Below are positions 18,035 to 27,888 of a DNA stretch of 62,709 bases, piece by piece. Position numbers and translations under genes: made by a program. Under the pieces are notes generated by a model that was not told the DNA's origin, did not search any database, and worked only from the letters and a program-made list of their open reading frames with translations. The stretch comes from Agathobacter sp. (GTDB lineage: Bacteria; Bacillota; Clostridia; Lachnospirales; Lachnospiraceae). Each line of letters starts with the position of its first letter. Position 1 is the stretch's first letter. The stretch spans positions 1 through 62,709 of the forward strand of contig JAZURS010000137.1 of the NCBI GenBank assembly GCA_045606325.1. The letters are read 5' to 3'.

Positions 18035-19909
18035 ATGAATTTAACGGTTAAAGAAGGAAATTACCTTTCGCTTGGTGCAAAGGTTATTAAAAATCAGATT
18101 ACATTTACGTTCGAGGGGGAAAAGGAAGATACTTGTCGAGTTGTTTTAATTCATAAGACAACGAAAGAGAAAGAGTTTATTTCTGTTCCTGACGATTTCT
18201 GCATGGGTTCTTTGCGTTCAATTACAGTTTCTGGAATAAATCCACAGGAATATAATTATTTATACGAAATTAATGGTAAAGAACAGTTGGATCCATATGC
18301 AACAGTAATTGTTGGACGAGAAATCTGGAACGATGAAAGTAGAAAAGCAGATAAATATAAGCTCGTGGCAGGTTTTGATGGTGCAGTTTTTCCATGGGGT
18401 GAGGATAAGAATCCAGAGGTTTCAAAGTCAGATATGATTATGTACAAGCTACATGTGAGAGGCTTTACCATGGGACAAAAGACTGCAGGAAAGTCAAAAG
18501 GTACTTTTCAGGCGGTGAAGAATAAGATTCCATATTTAAAGGATTTGGGTATCACTACAGTAGAACTCATGCCGATGTATGAGTTTGAAGAAATGCCGAT
18601 TCCAGTAGAAATGGAAGTACCAGATTATGTAAAATGGCAGCCAGAAGCTGAGGATATGATTCGTCCAGTTGTGTTAGAGGATGAGGTTCAGAATATCAAT
18701 TTCTGGGGATATGGTGAAGGAAATTATTTTGCAGTAAAAGCGTCGTATGCTTCAGAACCTGCAAAAGCCAATACGGAGTTTAAACGTTTGGTAAAAGCGC
18801 TTCATGACAATGGAATGGAGTGTGTAATGGAGATGTTCTTCCCAGAAGATACCAACTTTAATATGATTATGGATGTGCTTCATTTCTGGGTAAAAGAATA
18901 CCATGTAGATGGATTCCATATTTTAGGACCTAGTCTTCCAGTTGCAAGTATTGTAAAGGACCCAGTTCTTAGTAGAACTAAAATATTTACAGATGATTTC
19001 CAGGGATTCTATAATGCACGTCATAAATACAAAAATCTTTATGTTTACAAGGAAGAGTATCAGTATGCCGTACGTCAGTTAGTGAATCACTATGACTGTG
19101 ATATTCGCGAATTTGCAAACCAGCAGCGTAAACAGGGTGAACAGTATGGATATGTAAACTTTGTAGCTGGAAATAATGGATTTACTTTGGCAGACTGCTT
19201 TATGTATAACGACAAACATAATGAAGCAAATGGTGAAGGAAACCGTGATGGAAATGACTATAACCTTACCAATAATTTTGGCGTGGAAGGTCCTACGAAA
19301 AAGAAATTCATTAATGAAATTAGACGAAATCGTATGCGTTTAGCATTCAAAATGCTTATGTTTGGGCAGGGCGTTCCACTTATTATGGCTGGAGATGAGT
19401 TTGGAAATACTCAGGAAGGTAATAATAATGCTTATTGTCAGGATAATGAAATTGGTTGGGTAAATTGGAGCCAGTTTGCAAAGTATAAAGAAGATAGAGA
19501 GATCTTAAAAGCACTCATCGCTTTCCGTAAAGAGCACAGTATTATTGCGAAGGAAGAACCGCTTCGTTTCAATGATTATCGTACTATGGGTGCTCCAGAG
19601 TTTTCATACCATGGAGAAAATGCATGGATTTCACAGATTGATCCAGGCAGGAGAAGCCTTGGTATGCTTTATTGCGGTGCATATGCGAAGGAAGGTCATA
19701 GTAAAGAAGATATTTATATAGGTTACAATTTCTACTCAGATGAAGTGAAGTTAGCATTGCCTATTTTAAATCAAAAGAAATGGTATTTAGATGGTGTGGA
19801 ATTAGAAGACCAGCAGTTTGTAGCGGTTCCAGCTCATAGTATCAGAGTGTTGATGAGCAAGGAGATTCCTCAGCCAGTTAAAACAAAGAAAAAGACAAGT
19901 AAGAAATAG
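18035..19909 (+). CDS. GlgX/isoamylase-like GH13 protein with degenerate catalytic motifs
   Basis: LDPYA, LHVRGFT, LGITTVELMP, NFWGY, KHNEANGEGNRDG, QGVP..AGDEFG..GNNNAYCQDNE retained; catalytic D/E/D motifs altered. Confidence 0.85.
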   Translation: MNLTVKEGNYLSLGAKVIKNQITFTFEGEKEDTCRVVLIHKTTKEKEFISVPDDFCMGSLRSITVSGINPQEYNYLYEINGKEQLDPYATVIVGREIWNDESRKADKYKLVAGFDGAVFPWGEDKNPEVSKSDMIMYKLHVRGFTMGQKTAGKSKGTFQAVKNKIPYLKDLGITTVELMPMYEFEEMPIPVEMEVPDYVKWQPEAEDMIRPVVLEDEVQNINFWGYGEGNYFAVKASYASEPAKANTEFKRLVKALHDNGMECVMEMFFPEDTNFNMIMDVLHFWVKEYHVDGFHILGPSLPVASIVKDPVLSRTKIFTDDFQGFYNARHKYKNLYVYKEEYQYAVRQLVNHYDCDIREFANQQRKQGEQYGYVNFVAGNNGFTLADCFMYNDKHNEANGEGNRDGNDYNLTNNFGVEGPTKKKFINEIRRNRMRLAFKMLMFGQGVPLIMAGDEFGNTQEGNNNAYCQDNEIGWVNWSQFAKYKEDREILKALIAFRKEHSIIAKEEPLRFNDYRTMGAPEFSYHGENAWISQIDPGRRSLGMLYCGAYAKEGHSKEDIYIGYNFYSDEVKLALPILNQKKWYLDGVELEDQQFVAVPAHSIRVLMSKEIPQPVKTKKKTSKK

Positions 19910-19918
19910 GAAGTAATT

Positions 19919-20509
19919 ATGAAGGTATGGCAGCATTTTCGCACCATTACCGCCCATAAAATTTTAGTATTAAAAGGCTGTTTTCGAGTTGGTCTGTATA
20001 GACAGGGATTATTACATGATATGTCAAAGTATGGACCAACCGAATTTTTGGCGGGGTGCAAGTATTATAAAGGTTATATGAGCCCAAATAATGCAGAGCG
20101 ATTTGAAAGAGGGTATTCTTCTGCATGGCTTCATCATAAAGGCAAAAACAAACATCATCTGGAGTATTGGATAGATTATGGTGCCGGAGATGAAGGCGGC
20201 GAGGGAACACAGATGGTAGGAATGAAGATGCCAATTCGCTATGTGGCAGAGATGTTTATTGACCGCGTCAGTGCTTCGAAGAACTATCAAAAGGATAAGT
20301 ATACAGATGAAAGTTCTTTAATCTACTATAACAATAGCAAAGAGCACTACATACTTCATCCTGATACACGAGCAATGTTGGAGTATTTACTTACTATGCT
20401 ATGGAAATGTGGCGAAGAAAAAACCTTCACCTTTGTAAAAGAAGAACTTTTAACAGGGAAGGTTCCATATGAAAAGAATGAATTAGATATGAGGAAAGAT
20501 GCACTTTAA
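19919..20509 (+). CDS. DUF5662-like protein with HD-type metal-binding motifs
   Basis: HF.TIT.HK, LLHDMSK, WLHHKG.NKHH.EYW, EMFIDR. Confidence 0.7.
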   Translation: MKVWQHFRTITAHKILVLKGCFRVGLYRQGLLHDMSKYGPTEFLAGCKYYKGYMSPNNAERFERGYSSAWLHHKGKNKHHLEYWIDYGAGDEGGEGTQMVGMKMPIRYVAEMFIDRVSASKNYQKDKYTDESSLIYYNNSKEHYILHPDTRAMLEYLLTMLWKCGEEKTFTFVKEELLTGKVPYEKNELDMRKDAL

Positions 20510-21379
20510 ATCTTCTGGAAGAGGGGATGTAAAGTGCATTTCTTTTTTGGTAATAGGATGAGTAAATGTAAGACTAGCAGAGTGTAATGCTTGTCTTTGA
20601 CAAAAAGTATAATCAGGATTATATAAAAAGTCCCCGATGATGGGATGGCCTATATGTTTTAAGTGGACACGAATCTGATGTGTGCGACCTGTCTCTAGTT
20701 TCAGTTCTACAAGTGATAGATTTTTTTCTTTATCATAGTCGATTTTCTTATAATGGGTAACGGCATGCTCTCCATTTTTCATGTCTACCTGGCGTTCAAT
20801 GGTAGAGTCCGCTACTCGACCAATTGGAGCATCAATGGTACCGTGGTCTGCGATGTTTCCTTCACAAATAGCACGATAAGTACGGTGTATTTCTTTCGTA
20901 GAAACTTGTCTGCTTAAAATCCCCCCGCTTAATAGGTGCTTTGCAACAATAGTAAGTCCGCTGGTGTCTCGGTCTAAGCGGTTGATGGCACGGAAAGTAA
21001 ATTCGAGTCCTTGTTCTTTGAAATAATACATTAGTCCATTCGCAAGAGTTTCCTCATGATGATTCATAGAGGGATGGATTGGCATATTTGCTGGTTTATC
21101 TATCACTAATAAATCTTCGTCTTCATAGATAATAGAGAGTGGTACATAGAGTGGCTCGATACTACTTTCTGAAACAGATTCTACGAGATGTAATATTAGT
21201 TTGTCTCCAGCCATTAGTTTCTCGTTCACATATGCCCAAGTTCCGTTTCGAAGAATTCCTTCAGGGGTCTTTTTCAACTGAACAATAGCCTGATGAGGAA
21301 ATTCTTGTGTTTTCAAGAACTGTTCAATAGTTTTATTATGAAATTCGTCTGTGATGAAATATTCTATAGTTCTCTCCAT
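20483..21379 (-). CDS. RluA/RluD-family pseudouridine synthase
   Basis: IIYEDEDLLVIDKP, NRLDRDTSG, ETGRTHQIRVH, HPIIGD.LY, QALH; probable start ATG 21379. Confidence 0.92.
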   Translation of the reverse strand: MERTIEYFITDEFHNKTIEQFLKTQEFPHQAIVQLKKTPEGILRNGTWAYVNEKLMAGDKLILHLVESVSESSIEPLYVPLSIIYEDEDLLVIDKPANMPIHPSMNHHEETLANGLMYYFKEQGLEFTFRAINRLDRDTSGLTIVAKHLLSGGILSRQVSTKEIHRTYRAICEGNIADHGTIDAPIGRVADSTIERQVDMKNGEHAVTHYKKIDYDKEKNLSLVELKLETGRTHQIRVHLKHIGHPIIGDFLYNPDYTFCQRQALHSASLTFTHPITKKEMHFTSPLPEDLKCIFPHI

Positions 21380-21473
21380 AACGTCATCAGTATAACATTT
21401 TTTCTTGGATAGGAAAAGCACGGAAAACCTGACCTTTACATAGAATGTAGAAAGTAAGAGAAAAAGGTGCAAT

Positions 21474-22100
21474 GTGAAAGCTTTTTTATCCCCATTATCT
21501 CAGGAAGAGGAAAAGGAATGCCTTCGAAAATTAAAAAAAGGTGATCAGAAGGCAAAAGAAGAATTGATATTACACAATATGCGCCTGGTTGCTCATGTGG
21601 CTAAGAAATATCAAAATGATGAAGATGAGTTAGAAGATCTAATATCGATAGGAACAATCGGTCTTTTAAAGGCGGTGTCTACCTTTGATTATAATTATGG
21701 GAATCGATTTGCTACATATGCGATTCGGTGTATTGAAAATGAACTTCTTATGCATTTTCGCAAGAGTAAGAAACTTAAGATGGAGGTATCGCTGTTTGAA
21801 CCGATAGGGACTGATAAAGAGGGGAAGCAAATTCATCTTATGGAGGTTCTTTTAGTAGATGAGGTAGATGTGGCAAAACAGATGGAAATCCATAGAGATA
21901 TTGACCTAATAAAAAATTATCTGGATAAAGTGCTTAGTACGCGTGAAGCAGCTATTATCAAGAAACGATATGGTCTATGTGGGGAACGTGAAATGACACA
22001 ACGAGAAATCGCACATAGTATGGGAATTTCTAGGTCATATGTTTCGCGGATAGAGAAGAAGGCGTTAGAAAAATTAAAAAATATGCTAATCTTAGCATAA
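21474..22100 (+). CDS. sigK: Sporulation sigma factor SigK-like, no pro-peptide, no skin insertion
   Basis: NMRLVAHVAKKY, DLISIGTIGL.KA, FATYA.RCIENE.LM.FR, PIGTDKEG, TQREIA..MGISRSYVSRIEKKAL. Confidence 0.85.
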   Translation: MKAFLSPLSQEEEKECLRKLKKGDQKAKEELILHNMRLVAHVAKKYQNDEDELEDLISIGTIGLLKAVSTFDYNYGNRFATYAIRCIENELLMHFRKSKKLKMEVSLFEPIGTDKEGKQIHLMEVLLVDEVDVAKQMEIHRDIDLIKNYLDKVLSTREAAIIKKRYGLCGEREMTQREIAHSMGISRSYVSRIEKKALEKLKNMLILA

Positions 22101-22107
22101 AATATTG

Positions 22108-22150
22108 AAAAAGATGGAATTTATGATATGATGATTTCATCTTTTTTCTT
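22108..22150 (+). terminator. Probable terminator after sigK
   Basis: AAAAAGATGGAAT...ATTTCATCTTTTT stem with a T tail. Confidence 0.55.
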
Positions 22151-22231
22151 TTTGTGTATTTCCGCAGGAGTAGGGAACCTGTGTTAAATGCATCTTTTGT
22201 ACAAATCCCCATATAATGAAACAAATGAATT

Positions 22232-23764
22232 ATGTATAGTACTATAAAAACAGCTATCTTAGAGGGTATTCAGACACGTCAGATTCAGGTTGAAGTGGAT
22301 ATCAGTAATGGTATGCCAGTTTTTGATATGGTTGGACATCTAGCGCCAGAGGTAAGAGAAGGTAAGGAGCGTATTCGTACTGCACTACACAGTATTGGTG
22401 TCATTTTACCAGCGAAGCGAATCACCATCAATTTATCACCAGCTCACATTAGAAAGAGTGGAACAGGTTTTGATTTACCTATTGCGATAGCGATTTTACA
22501 GTCGTTAGGACTGGTAACAAAGGAATCCTGTGAAGGCAAACTGTTTATTGGTGAATTGAGTCTAAATGGGCAGATTCAGGCGGTAAATGGCGTTTTGCCT
22601 GTTGTGTCAGATGGCGTTCAGTTGGGAATCAAAGAGTTTGTAATCCCAAGAGAGAATGAAAATGAAGGACGTCTGGTTAAGAATGCAAAGATATTTTCAT
22701 TTGATAGTTTACAACAGGTTTTGGAATATTTAAATGGAAAGCCATATGAGGAAAAATCTTTAAATATAGTAGAAACAATAGAAGAAATATCGAAAGACTT
22801 TCAGGAGGTTTGCGGTCAGCGATTTATCAAACGAGCTTGCGAAGTTGCCGCTGCAGGAATGCACAATATGCTACTTATTGGTCCTCCTGGAGCAGGAAAA
22901 ACCATGATTTCAGAGCGTTTGGCAACAATTTTACCACCATTGACAGAGGCGGAACGTCTTGAATTATCTAAGATATATAGTGTATGTGGTCTATTGTCGA
23001 ACCGAAATGCGTTGATTACAGAGAGACCATTTCGTGTACCTCATCATACGATTACACAGTGTGGACTAACTGGCGGAGGTGCGATACCAAAACCAGGGGA
23101 GATTTCGTTAGCTCATAATGGAGTTTTATTTTTGGACGAATTACCAGAGTTTCAGAAAAGCACTTTGGAGATTCTTAGACAGCCCTTAGAGGACCACGCA
23201 ATTCATTTGGTTCGTGCGAAAGGAACTGTAACATATCCAGCAAATTTTCTTCTTTTTGCAGCAATGAATCCGTGTAATTGCGGTTATTATCCAGATATGA
23301 ATAAATGTCGATGTTCAGATGGAAGCCTTAGGAGATATTTTGATCGTGTGTCTCAGCCACTTTTGGACCGTATGGATATCTGTGTGGAAGCGCCAGCTCT
23401 TAGATATGAAGAATTGACAGGAAAAGATAGTAAAGGGGAAAGCTCTAAAGAAATTCAAAAAAGAGTGTTAGAATGCCATGAGATTCAGTGCGAGCGCTTT
23501 AAAAAAGAGTCTTTTTCTCATAATAGTGCAATTCCTGCATCGAGATTAGAGGAGTTTTGTAATCTAGGGAAAAAAGAGCACAACTACATGGAATCCATAT
23601 ACAAGAAGATGAATTTAACCGCTCGAACCTATCACAAAATCTTACGTGTTGCCCGTACTATAGCTGATTTAGAACAAAAGAAAGATATTTCACTTTCCCA
23701 TCTGAATGAAGCGATTTGCTATCGAAATGTAGACGAGAAGTTTTGGGGAGGGATAAGTGGATGA
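22232..23764 (+). CDS. comM: YifB/ComM-family Mg-chelatase-like AAA+ ATPase
   Basis: ITINLSPA..RK.GTGFDLPIA, GPPGAGKT, PGEISLAH.GVLFLDELPEF, AAMNPC.CG, RVARTIADL. Confidence 0.9.
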   Translation: MYSTIKTAILEGIQTRQIQVEVDISNGMPVFDMVGHLAPEVREGKERIRTALHSIGVILPAKRITINLSPAHIRKSGTGFDLPIAIAILQSLGLVTKESCEGKLFIGELSLNGQIQAVNGVLPVVSDGVQLGIKEFVIPRENENEGRLVKNAKIFSFDSLQQVLEYLNGKPYEEKSLNIVETIEEISKDFQEVCGQRFIKRACEVAAAGMHNMLLIGPPGAGKTMISERLATILPPLTEAERLELSKIYSVCGLLSNRNALITERPFRVPHHTITQCGLTGGGAIPKPGEISLAHNGVLFLDELPEFQKSTLEILRQPLEDHAIHLVRAKGTVTYPANFLLFAAMNPCNCGYYPDMNKCRCSDGSLRRYFDRVSQPLLDRMDICVEAPALRYEELTGKDSKGESSKEIQKRVLECHEIQCERFKKESFSHNSAIPASRLEEFCNLGKKEHNYMESIYKKMNLTARTYHKILRVARTIADLEQKKDISLSHLNEAICYRNVDEKFWGGISG

Positions 23765-24846
23765 AATATGCATATTGGTTACATAATGTCCCAGGAATAG
23801 GAAATGGAAAAATAAGACATCTGTATGAAGAGGCAGTCTCTGCAGAGGAAATCTACCATATGTCTTTGCCACAATTAAAGAAAATACATGGAATTACGGA
23901 AGAAGATACGAAGGCTATACAAAAAAGTCAGAAAAAATGGGATGTAGACAAGGAATGGTTTTCGCTCATGGAACAGGGGATTGGATTTGTTTCTTTAGAA
24001 CAGTCAGAATTTCCAGAAAAAGTTAAGCATATTCCGAATCCGCCATATGCATTATATTATGTAGGAAAACTTCCAGATGAGAATAGGAAGGCAATAGCGA
24101 TTGTAGGAGCAAGAGCCAGAAGTGCATATGGTAGTCAGGTTGCATTTGAGATGGGAAAAGTTTTGGCTCAAAATGGAATACAGGTTATTAGTGGATTGGC
24201 ACGAGGGATAGACAGAGATGCACATCAGGGAGCTCTAGAGGGCGGTGGAGATACCTATGGAGTGCTTGGTTGTGGAGTAAACGTATGTTATCCTAGTGAA
24301 AATAGATATTTATATAATCAAATGGCAGAATCAGGAGGGATTATTTCGGAATATCCTCCAGGTACTCAGCCTGTAGCGAAACAGTTTCCTGCCAGAAATC
24401 GAATTATTGCCGGATTATGTAATGGTGTGGTAGTGGTTGAAGCAAAAGAGAAGAGTGGTTCACTCATTACTGCAGAGTTTGCAATGGAACAAGGACGGGA
24501 TGTATATGCAGTTCCAGGACGCATTTCGGATACTTTAAGTCAAGGCTGTAACCGCCTAATCAAGCAAGGTGCAGGGACGATTATTAGTATAGAAGATTTT
24601 CTAGCAGATTTAGATATTTTGTCTGAAACCAACTACACACAAATGGACTTTCGAAAAAATTTACTTGAAAAAGATGAGCGCTTGGTGTATAGTTTAACCG
24701 ATTTTCGTCCCACTGGAGTTGCTACTTTAGTGGAAAAAACGGGAATTTCCATTTCTAGACTATTGGAGATACTAAATCATCTAGAAAGTCTAGGACTAAT
24801 CAAAGAGACTTTTACGAATTATTACATTCGTACTTTACTAAACTAA
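23761..24846 (+). CDS. dprA: DNA-processing protein DprA
   Basis: AIVGAR, SGLARGID..AH, FPARNRIIAGL, SGSLITA, GRDVYAVPG; ATGA overlap with comM. Confidence 0.93.
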   Translation: MKYAYWLHNVPGIGNGKIRHLYEEAVSAEEIYHMSLPQLKKIHGITEEDTKAIQKSQKKWDVDKEWFSLMEQGIGFVSLEQSEFPEKVKHIPNPPYALYYVGKLPDENRKAIAIVGARARSAYGSQVAFEMGKVLAQNGIQVISGLARGIDRDAHQGALEGGGDTYGVLGCGVNVCYPSENRYLYNQMAESGGIISEYPPGTQPVAKQFPARNRIIAGLCNGVVVVEAKEKSGSLITAEFAMEQGRDVYAVPGRISDTLSQGCNRLIKQGAGTIISIEDFLADLDILSETNYTQMDFRKNLLEKDERLVYSLTDFRPTGVATLVEKTGISISRLLEILNHLESLGLIKETFTNYYIRTLLN

Positions 24847-24865
24847 AATCTAAAGGGGCATTGAA

Positions 24866-26851
24866 ATGGCAAAATACCTAGTAATCGTGGAATCGCCTGC
24901 AAAAGTGAAGACTATCAAGAAGTTTTTAGGGAAAAACTATGAAGTATTAGCTTCAAATGGTCATGTACGTGATCTTCCTAAAAGTTCCCTCGGTATTGAC
25001 GTTGAGGGAGATTTTGAACCAAAATATATTACTATTCGAGGAAAAGGTGATGTGCTTGCAAAACTTCGTAAAGAAGTAAAGAAAGCAGAAAAAATTTATC
25101 TTGCAACTGACCCTGACCGTGAAGGTGAAGCGATTTCATGGCATTTAATGTTTGCCCTTAAATTAGAAGAAAAAGACGTATACCGTATTAGTTTTAACGA
25201 AATTACGAAAACTGCAGTTAAAGCAGCCCTTAAGAATCCACGTAAAATTGATATGGATTTAGTAGATGCCCAGCAGGCAAGACGTGCCCTTGATCGTATG
25301 GTAGGTTACAAGATTAGTCCGCTTCTTTGGGCTAAGGTGAAGAGAGGTCTTTCGGCAGGACGAGTACAGTCAGTTGCCCTACGTATTGTTTGTGACAGAG
25401 AAGAAGAAATAAATGCCTTTGTGCCAGAAGAATACTGGAGTTTAGAAGCATCTTTGCTTGCAGAGGGAGAAAAGAAACCTATTATTGCAAAGCTTACATC
25501 GAAAGGCAAAGAAAAGATTGACATTACTTCAAAGGAAGAAATGGATGCTGTATTAGCAGAGTTAGATGGAAAGCCTTATCAGGTAACATCCGTGAAAAAA
25601 GGAGAACGTCGTCAGAAAGCACCGATACCTTTTACAACCAGTACATTACAACAGGAGGCTTCAAAAGCGCTCAATTTCCCTATTCAGAAGACGATGCGTA
25701 TTGCACAGCAGCTTTACGAAGGTGTAGATATTAAAGGGGAAGGAACAGTAGGTCTTATTACTTATCTTAGAACAGACTCAACCCGTATCTCAGAAGAAGC
25801 AGATATGGCAGCACACGCATTCATAGCAGAGCATTATGGCAAGGAGTTTGAAGCAGAAACAGTAAATACCAAGAAGGCAAATGGTAAGATTCAGGATGCA
25901 CACGAAGCAATTCGACCTTCCGATATCAATCGTACACCTTCTGAAATCAAGGATTCTCTTTCTAGAGACCAGTTCCGTTTGTATCAGCTAATCTGGAAAC
26001 GTTTTACAGCCAGCCGTATGGCCAATGCTGTATATGAAACTACAACAGTCACCATCGGAGCGGGGGATTATAATTTTAATGTATCTACTTCAAGACTTGC
26101 TTTTGAAGGCTTTATGTCGGTTTATGTTGAAGCAGATGAAGAAAAAGCTGGTAAACAGGCAGTGCTTAAGTCACTTGATGAAAACACAAAGCTTGTTTTG
26201 GAAGAGTTAGATCCAAAGCAGCATTTTACACAGCCACCAGCACACTATACAGAGGCATCTCTAGTAAAAGCATTAGAAGAATTGGGAATTGGACGTCCAA
26301 GTACGTATTCTCCAACCATTACTACAATTATCGCTAGAAGATACATTACAAAAGAGCAGAAAAATCTCTATGTAACAGAAATTGGTGAAGTAGTAAATAA
26401 TATCATGAAAGAATCCTTCCCAACAATTGTCGATGAGAACTTTACTGCTAATATGGAATCGCTTTTAGACGGTGTTGCAGAAGGAAATGTAAACTGGAAG
26501 ATGGTGATTTCTAACTTCTACCCAGATTTGGAAAATGCGGTTGAAAAGGCTGAAAAAGAGCTCGAAAAAATTAAAATCGAGGACGAAGTTTCCGAAGAAA
26601 TTTGTGAAGAATGTGGTAGAAATATGGTTATCAAATATGGGCCACATGGAAAATTCCTGGCATGCCCAGGGTTCCCAGAGTGTAAGAATACGAAACCATA
26701 TTTTGAAAAAATCGGTCAGCTATGTCCAGAGTGCGGCAAGGATATCGTAATCAAGAGAACTAGAAAAGGACGTAAATACTACGGCTGTATCGATTACCCA
26801 AATTGTGAATACATGAGTTGGAATAAGCCTGCTAAGGAAGAACAAAAGTAA
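24866..26851 (+). CDS. topA: DNA topoisomerase I
   Basis: LVIVESPAK, ATDPDREGEAI, SAGRVQS, ITYLRTDS, GIGRPSTY, C-terminal Zn ribbons. Confidence 0.97.
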   Translation: MAKYLVIVESPAKVKTIKKFLGKNYEVLASNGHVRDLPKSSLGIDVEGDFEPKYITIRGKGDVLAKLRKEVKKAEKIYLATDPDREGEAISWHLMFALKLEEKDVYRISFNEITKTAVKAALKNPRKIDMDLVDAQQARRALDRMVGYKISPLLWAKVKRGLSAGRVQSVALRIVCDREEEINAFVPEEYWSLEASLLAEGEKKPIIAKLTSKGKEKIDITSKEEMDAVLAELDGKPYQVTSVKKGERRQKAPIPFTTSTLQQEASKALNFPIQKTMRIAQQLYEGVDIKGEGTVGLITYLRTDSTRISEEADMAAHAFIAEHYGKEFEAETVNTKKANGKIQDAHEAIRPSDINRTPSEIKDSLSRDQFRLYQLIWKRFTASRMANAVYETTTVTIGAGDYNFNVSTSRLAFEGFMSVYVEADEEKAGKQAVLKSLDENTKLVLEELDPKQHFTQPPAHYTEASLVKALEELGIGRPSTYSPTITTIIARRYITKEQKNLYVTEIGEVVNNIMKESFPTIVDENFTANMESLLDGVAEGNVNWKMVISNFYPDLENAVEKAEKELEKIKIEDEVSEEICEECGRNMVIKYGPHGKFLACPGFPECKNTKPYFEKIGQLCPECGKDIVIKRTRKGRKYYGCIDYPNCEYMSWNKPAKEEQK

Positions 26852-26863
26852 GAAAAAATAAAG

Positions 26864-26909
26864 AATTTTCAAACATTTTGTTGAATTGTCAGAATTATTA
26901 TGTTAAAAT
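26864..26909 (+). promoter_or_regulatory. codY promoter with candidate CodY boxes
   Basis: TTGAAT-17-TAAAAT with extended -10; AATTTTCAAACATTT (26864) has 3 mismatches to AATTTTCWGAAAATT. Confidence 0.5.
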
Positions 26910-26939
26910 TTACGCATAATATTACAGGGGGATACTAGT

Positions 26940-27716
26940 ATGAGCGTCCAGTTATTGGATAAGACAAGAAAAATTAATAAACTTCTTCACAACAACAATT
27001 CATCAAAAGTAGTCTTTAATGATATTTGTGAAGTGCTCACGGGTATTCTTGAATCAGACATTCTCGTAATTAGTAAAAAGGGTAAAGTTTTAGGTTCAAG
27101 TGAATGTAAGGGCGTAGACGTTATCAAAGAATTGATTGTAGATGAAGTAGGTGGATTTATTGATCCAGATTTAAATGAAAGACTCTTAGGAATTTTGTCT
27201 ACAAAAGAAAATGTCAATTTAGAAACTCTTGGATTTGGTGATGAAACACGTAAATATCGTGCTATTATTTCGCCTATCGATATTGCAGGTGAACGTTTGG
27301 GCACACTTTTTATTTATCGTAGTGACAGAGAGTATGATATTGATGATATTATTCTGACAGAATATGGTACAACTGTAGTTAGTTTGGAAATGCTTCGTTC
27401 TGTAAATGAAGAAAATGCAGAAGAAGAGCGTAAGGTTGCGATTGTGAAATCGGCAATCAGCACATTATCGTTCTCAGAATTAGAAGCTATTATTCATATT
27501 TTTGAAGAATTAGAAGGCAATGAGGGTATTCTTGTTGCTAGCCGTATTGCAGACCGTGTAGGAATTACTCGTTCTGTAATTGTGAACGCGCTTCGTAAGT
27601 TCGAAAGTGCTGGAGTTATAGAGTCACGTTCTTCAGGCATGAAGGGAACCTACATAAAAGTAGTAAATGATGTGGTTTTCGAAGAATTGAACAAGTTAAA
27701 GAAGAATAAAAAATAG
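26940..27716 (+). CDS. codY: Global regulator CodY
   Basis: LLDKTRKIN, GERLGTL, ASRIADRVGITRSVIVNALRKFESAGVIESRS.GMKGT. Confidence 0.97.
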   Translation: MSVQLLDKTRKINKLLHNNNSSKVVFNDICEVLTGILESDILVISKKGKVLGSSECKGVDVIKELIVDEVGGFIDPDLNERLLGILSTKENVNLETLGFGDETRKYRAIISPIDIAGERLGTLFIYRSDREYDIDDIILTEYGTTVVSLEMLRSVNEENAEEERKVAIVKSAISTLSFSELEAIIHIFEELEGNEGILVASRIADRVGITRSVIVNALRKFESAGVIESRSSGMKGTYIKVVNDVVFEELNKLKKNKK

Positions 27717-27761
27717 TAATATTGTACAAAAATATCAATTTACATCATGGATGGATATTGT

Positions 27762-27792
27762 AAAAGGACTTAGGAATCTAAGTCCTTTTTTT
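27762..27792 (+). terminator. Terminator after codY
   Basis: AAAAGGACTTAG-GAAT-CTAAGTCCTTTT with a T-run. Confidence 0.85.
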
Positions 27793-27888
27793 GTTATTAA
27801 TCCTTGATTTTATTGGGCTTAAGAGGATTTTTTAGACAATTTCAAAAAATGTCAAAAAACTACATATTGTTGACAACTAAGACAAAAA

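Noticed and set aside
22190-22231. SigE-type promoter (GCATCTT...CATATAAT) before comM
   Set aside because: Spacing is off by one and the TATAAT fits SigA equally well; too ambiguous
22232-26851. comM-dprA as a sign of a mobile element or novel competence island
   Set aside because: comM-dprA-topA is a common conserved chromosomal arrangement
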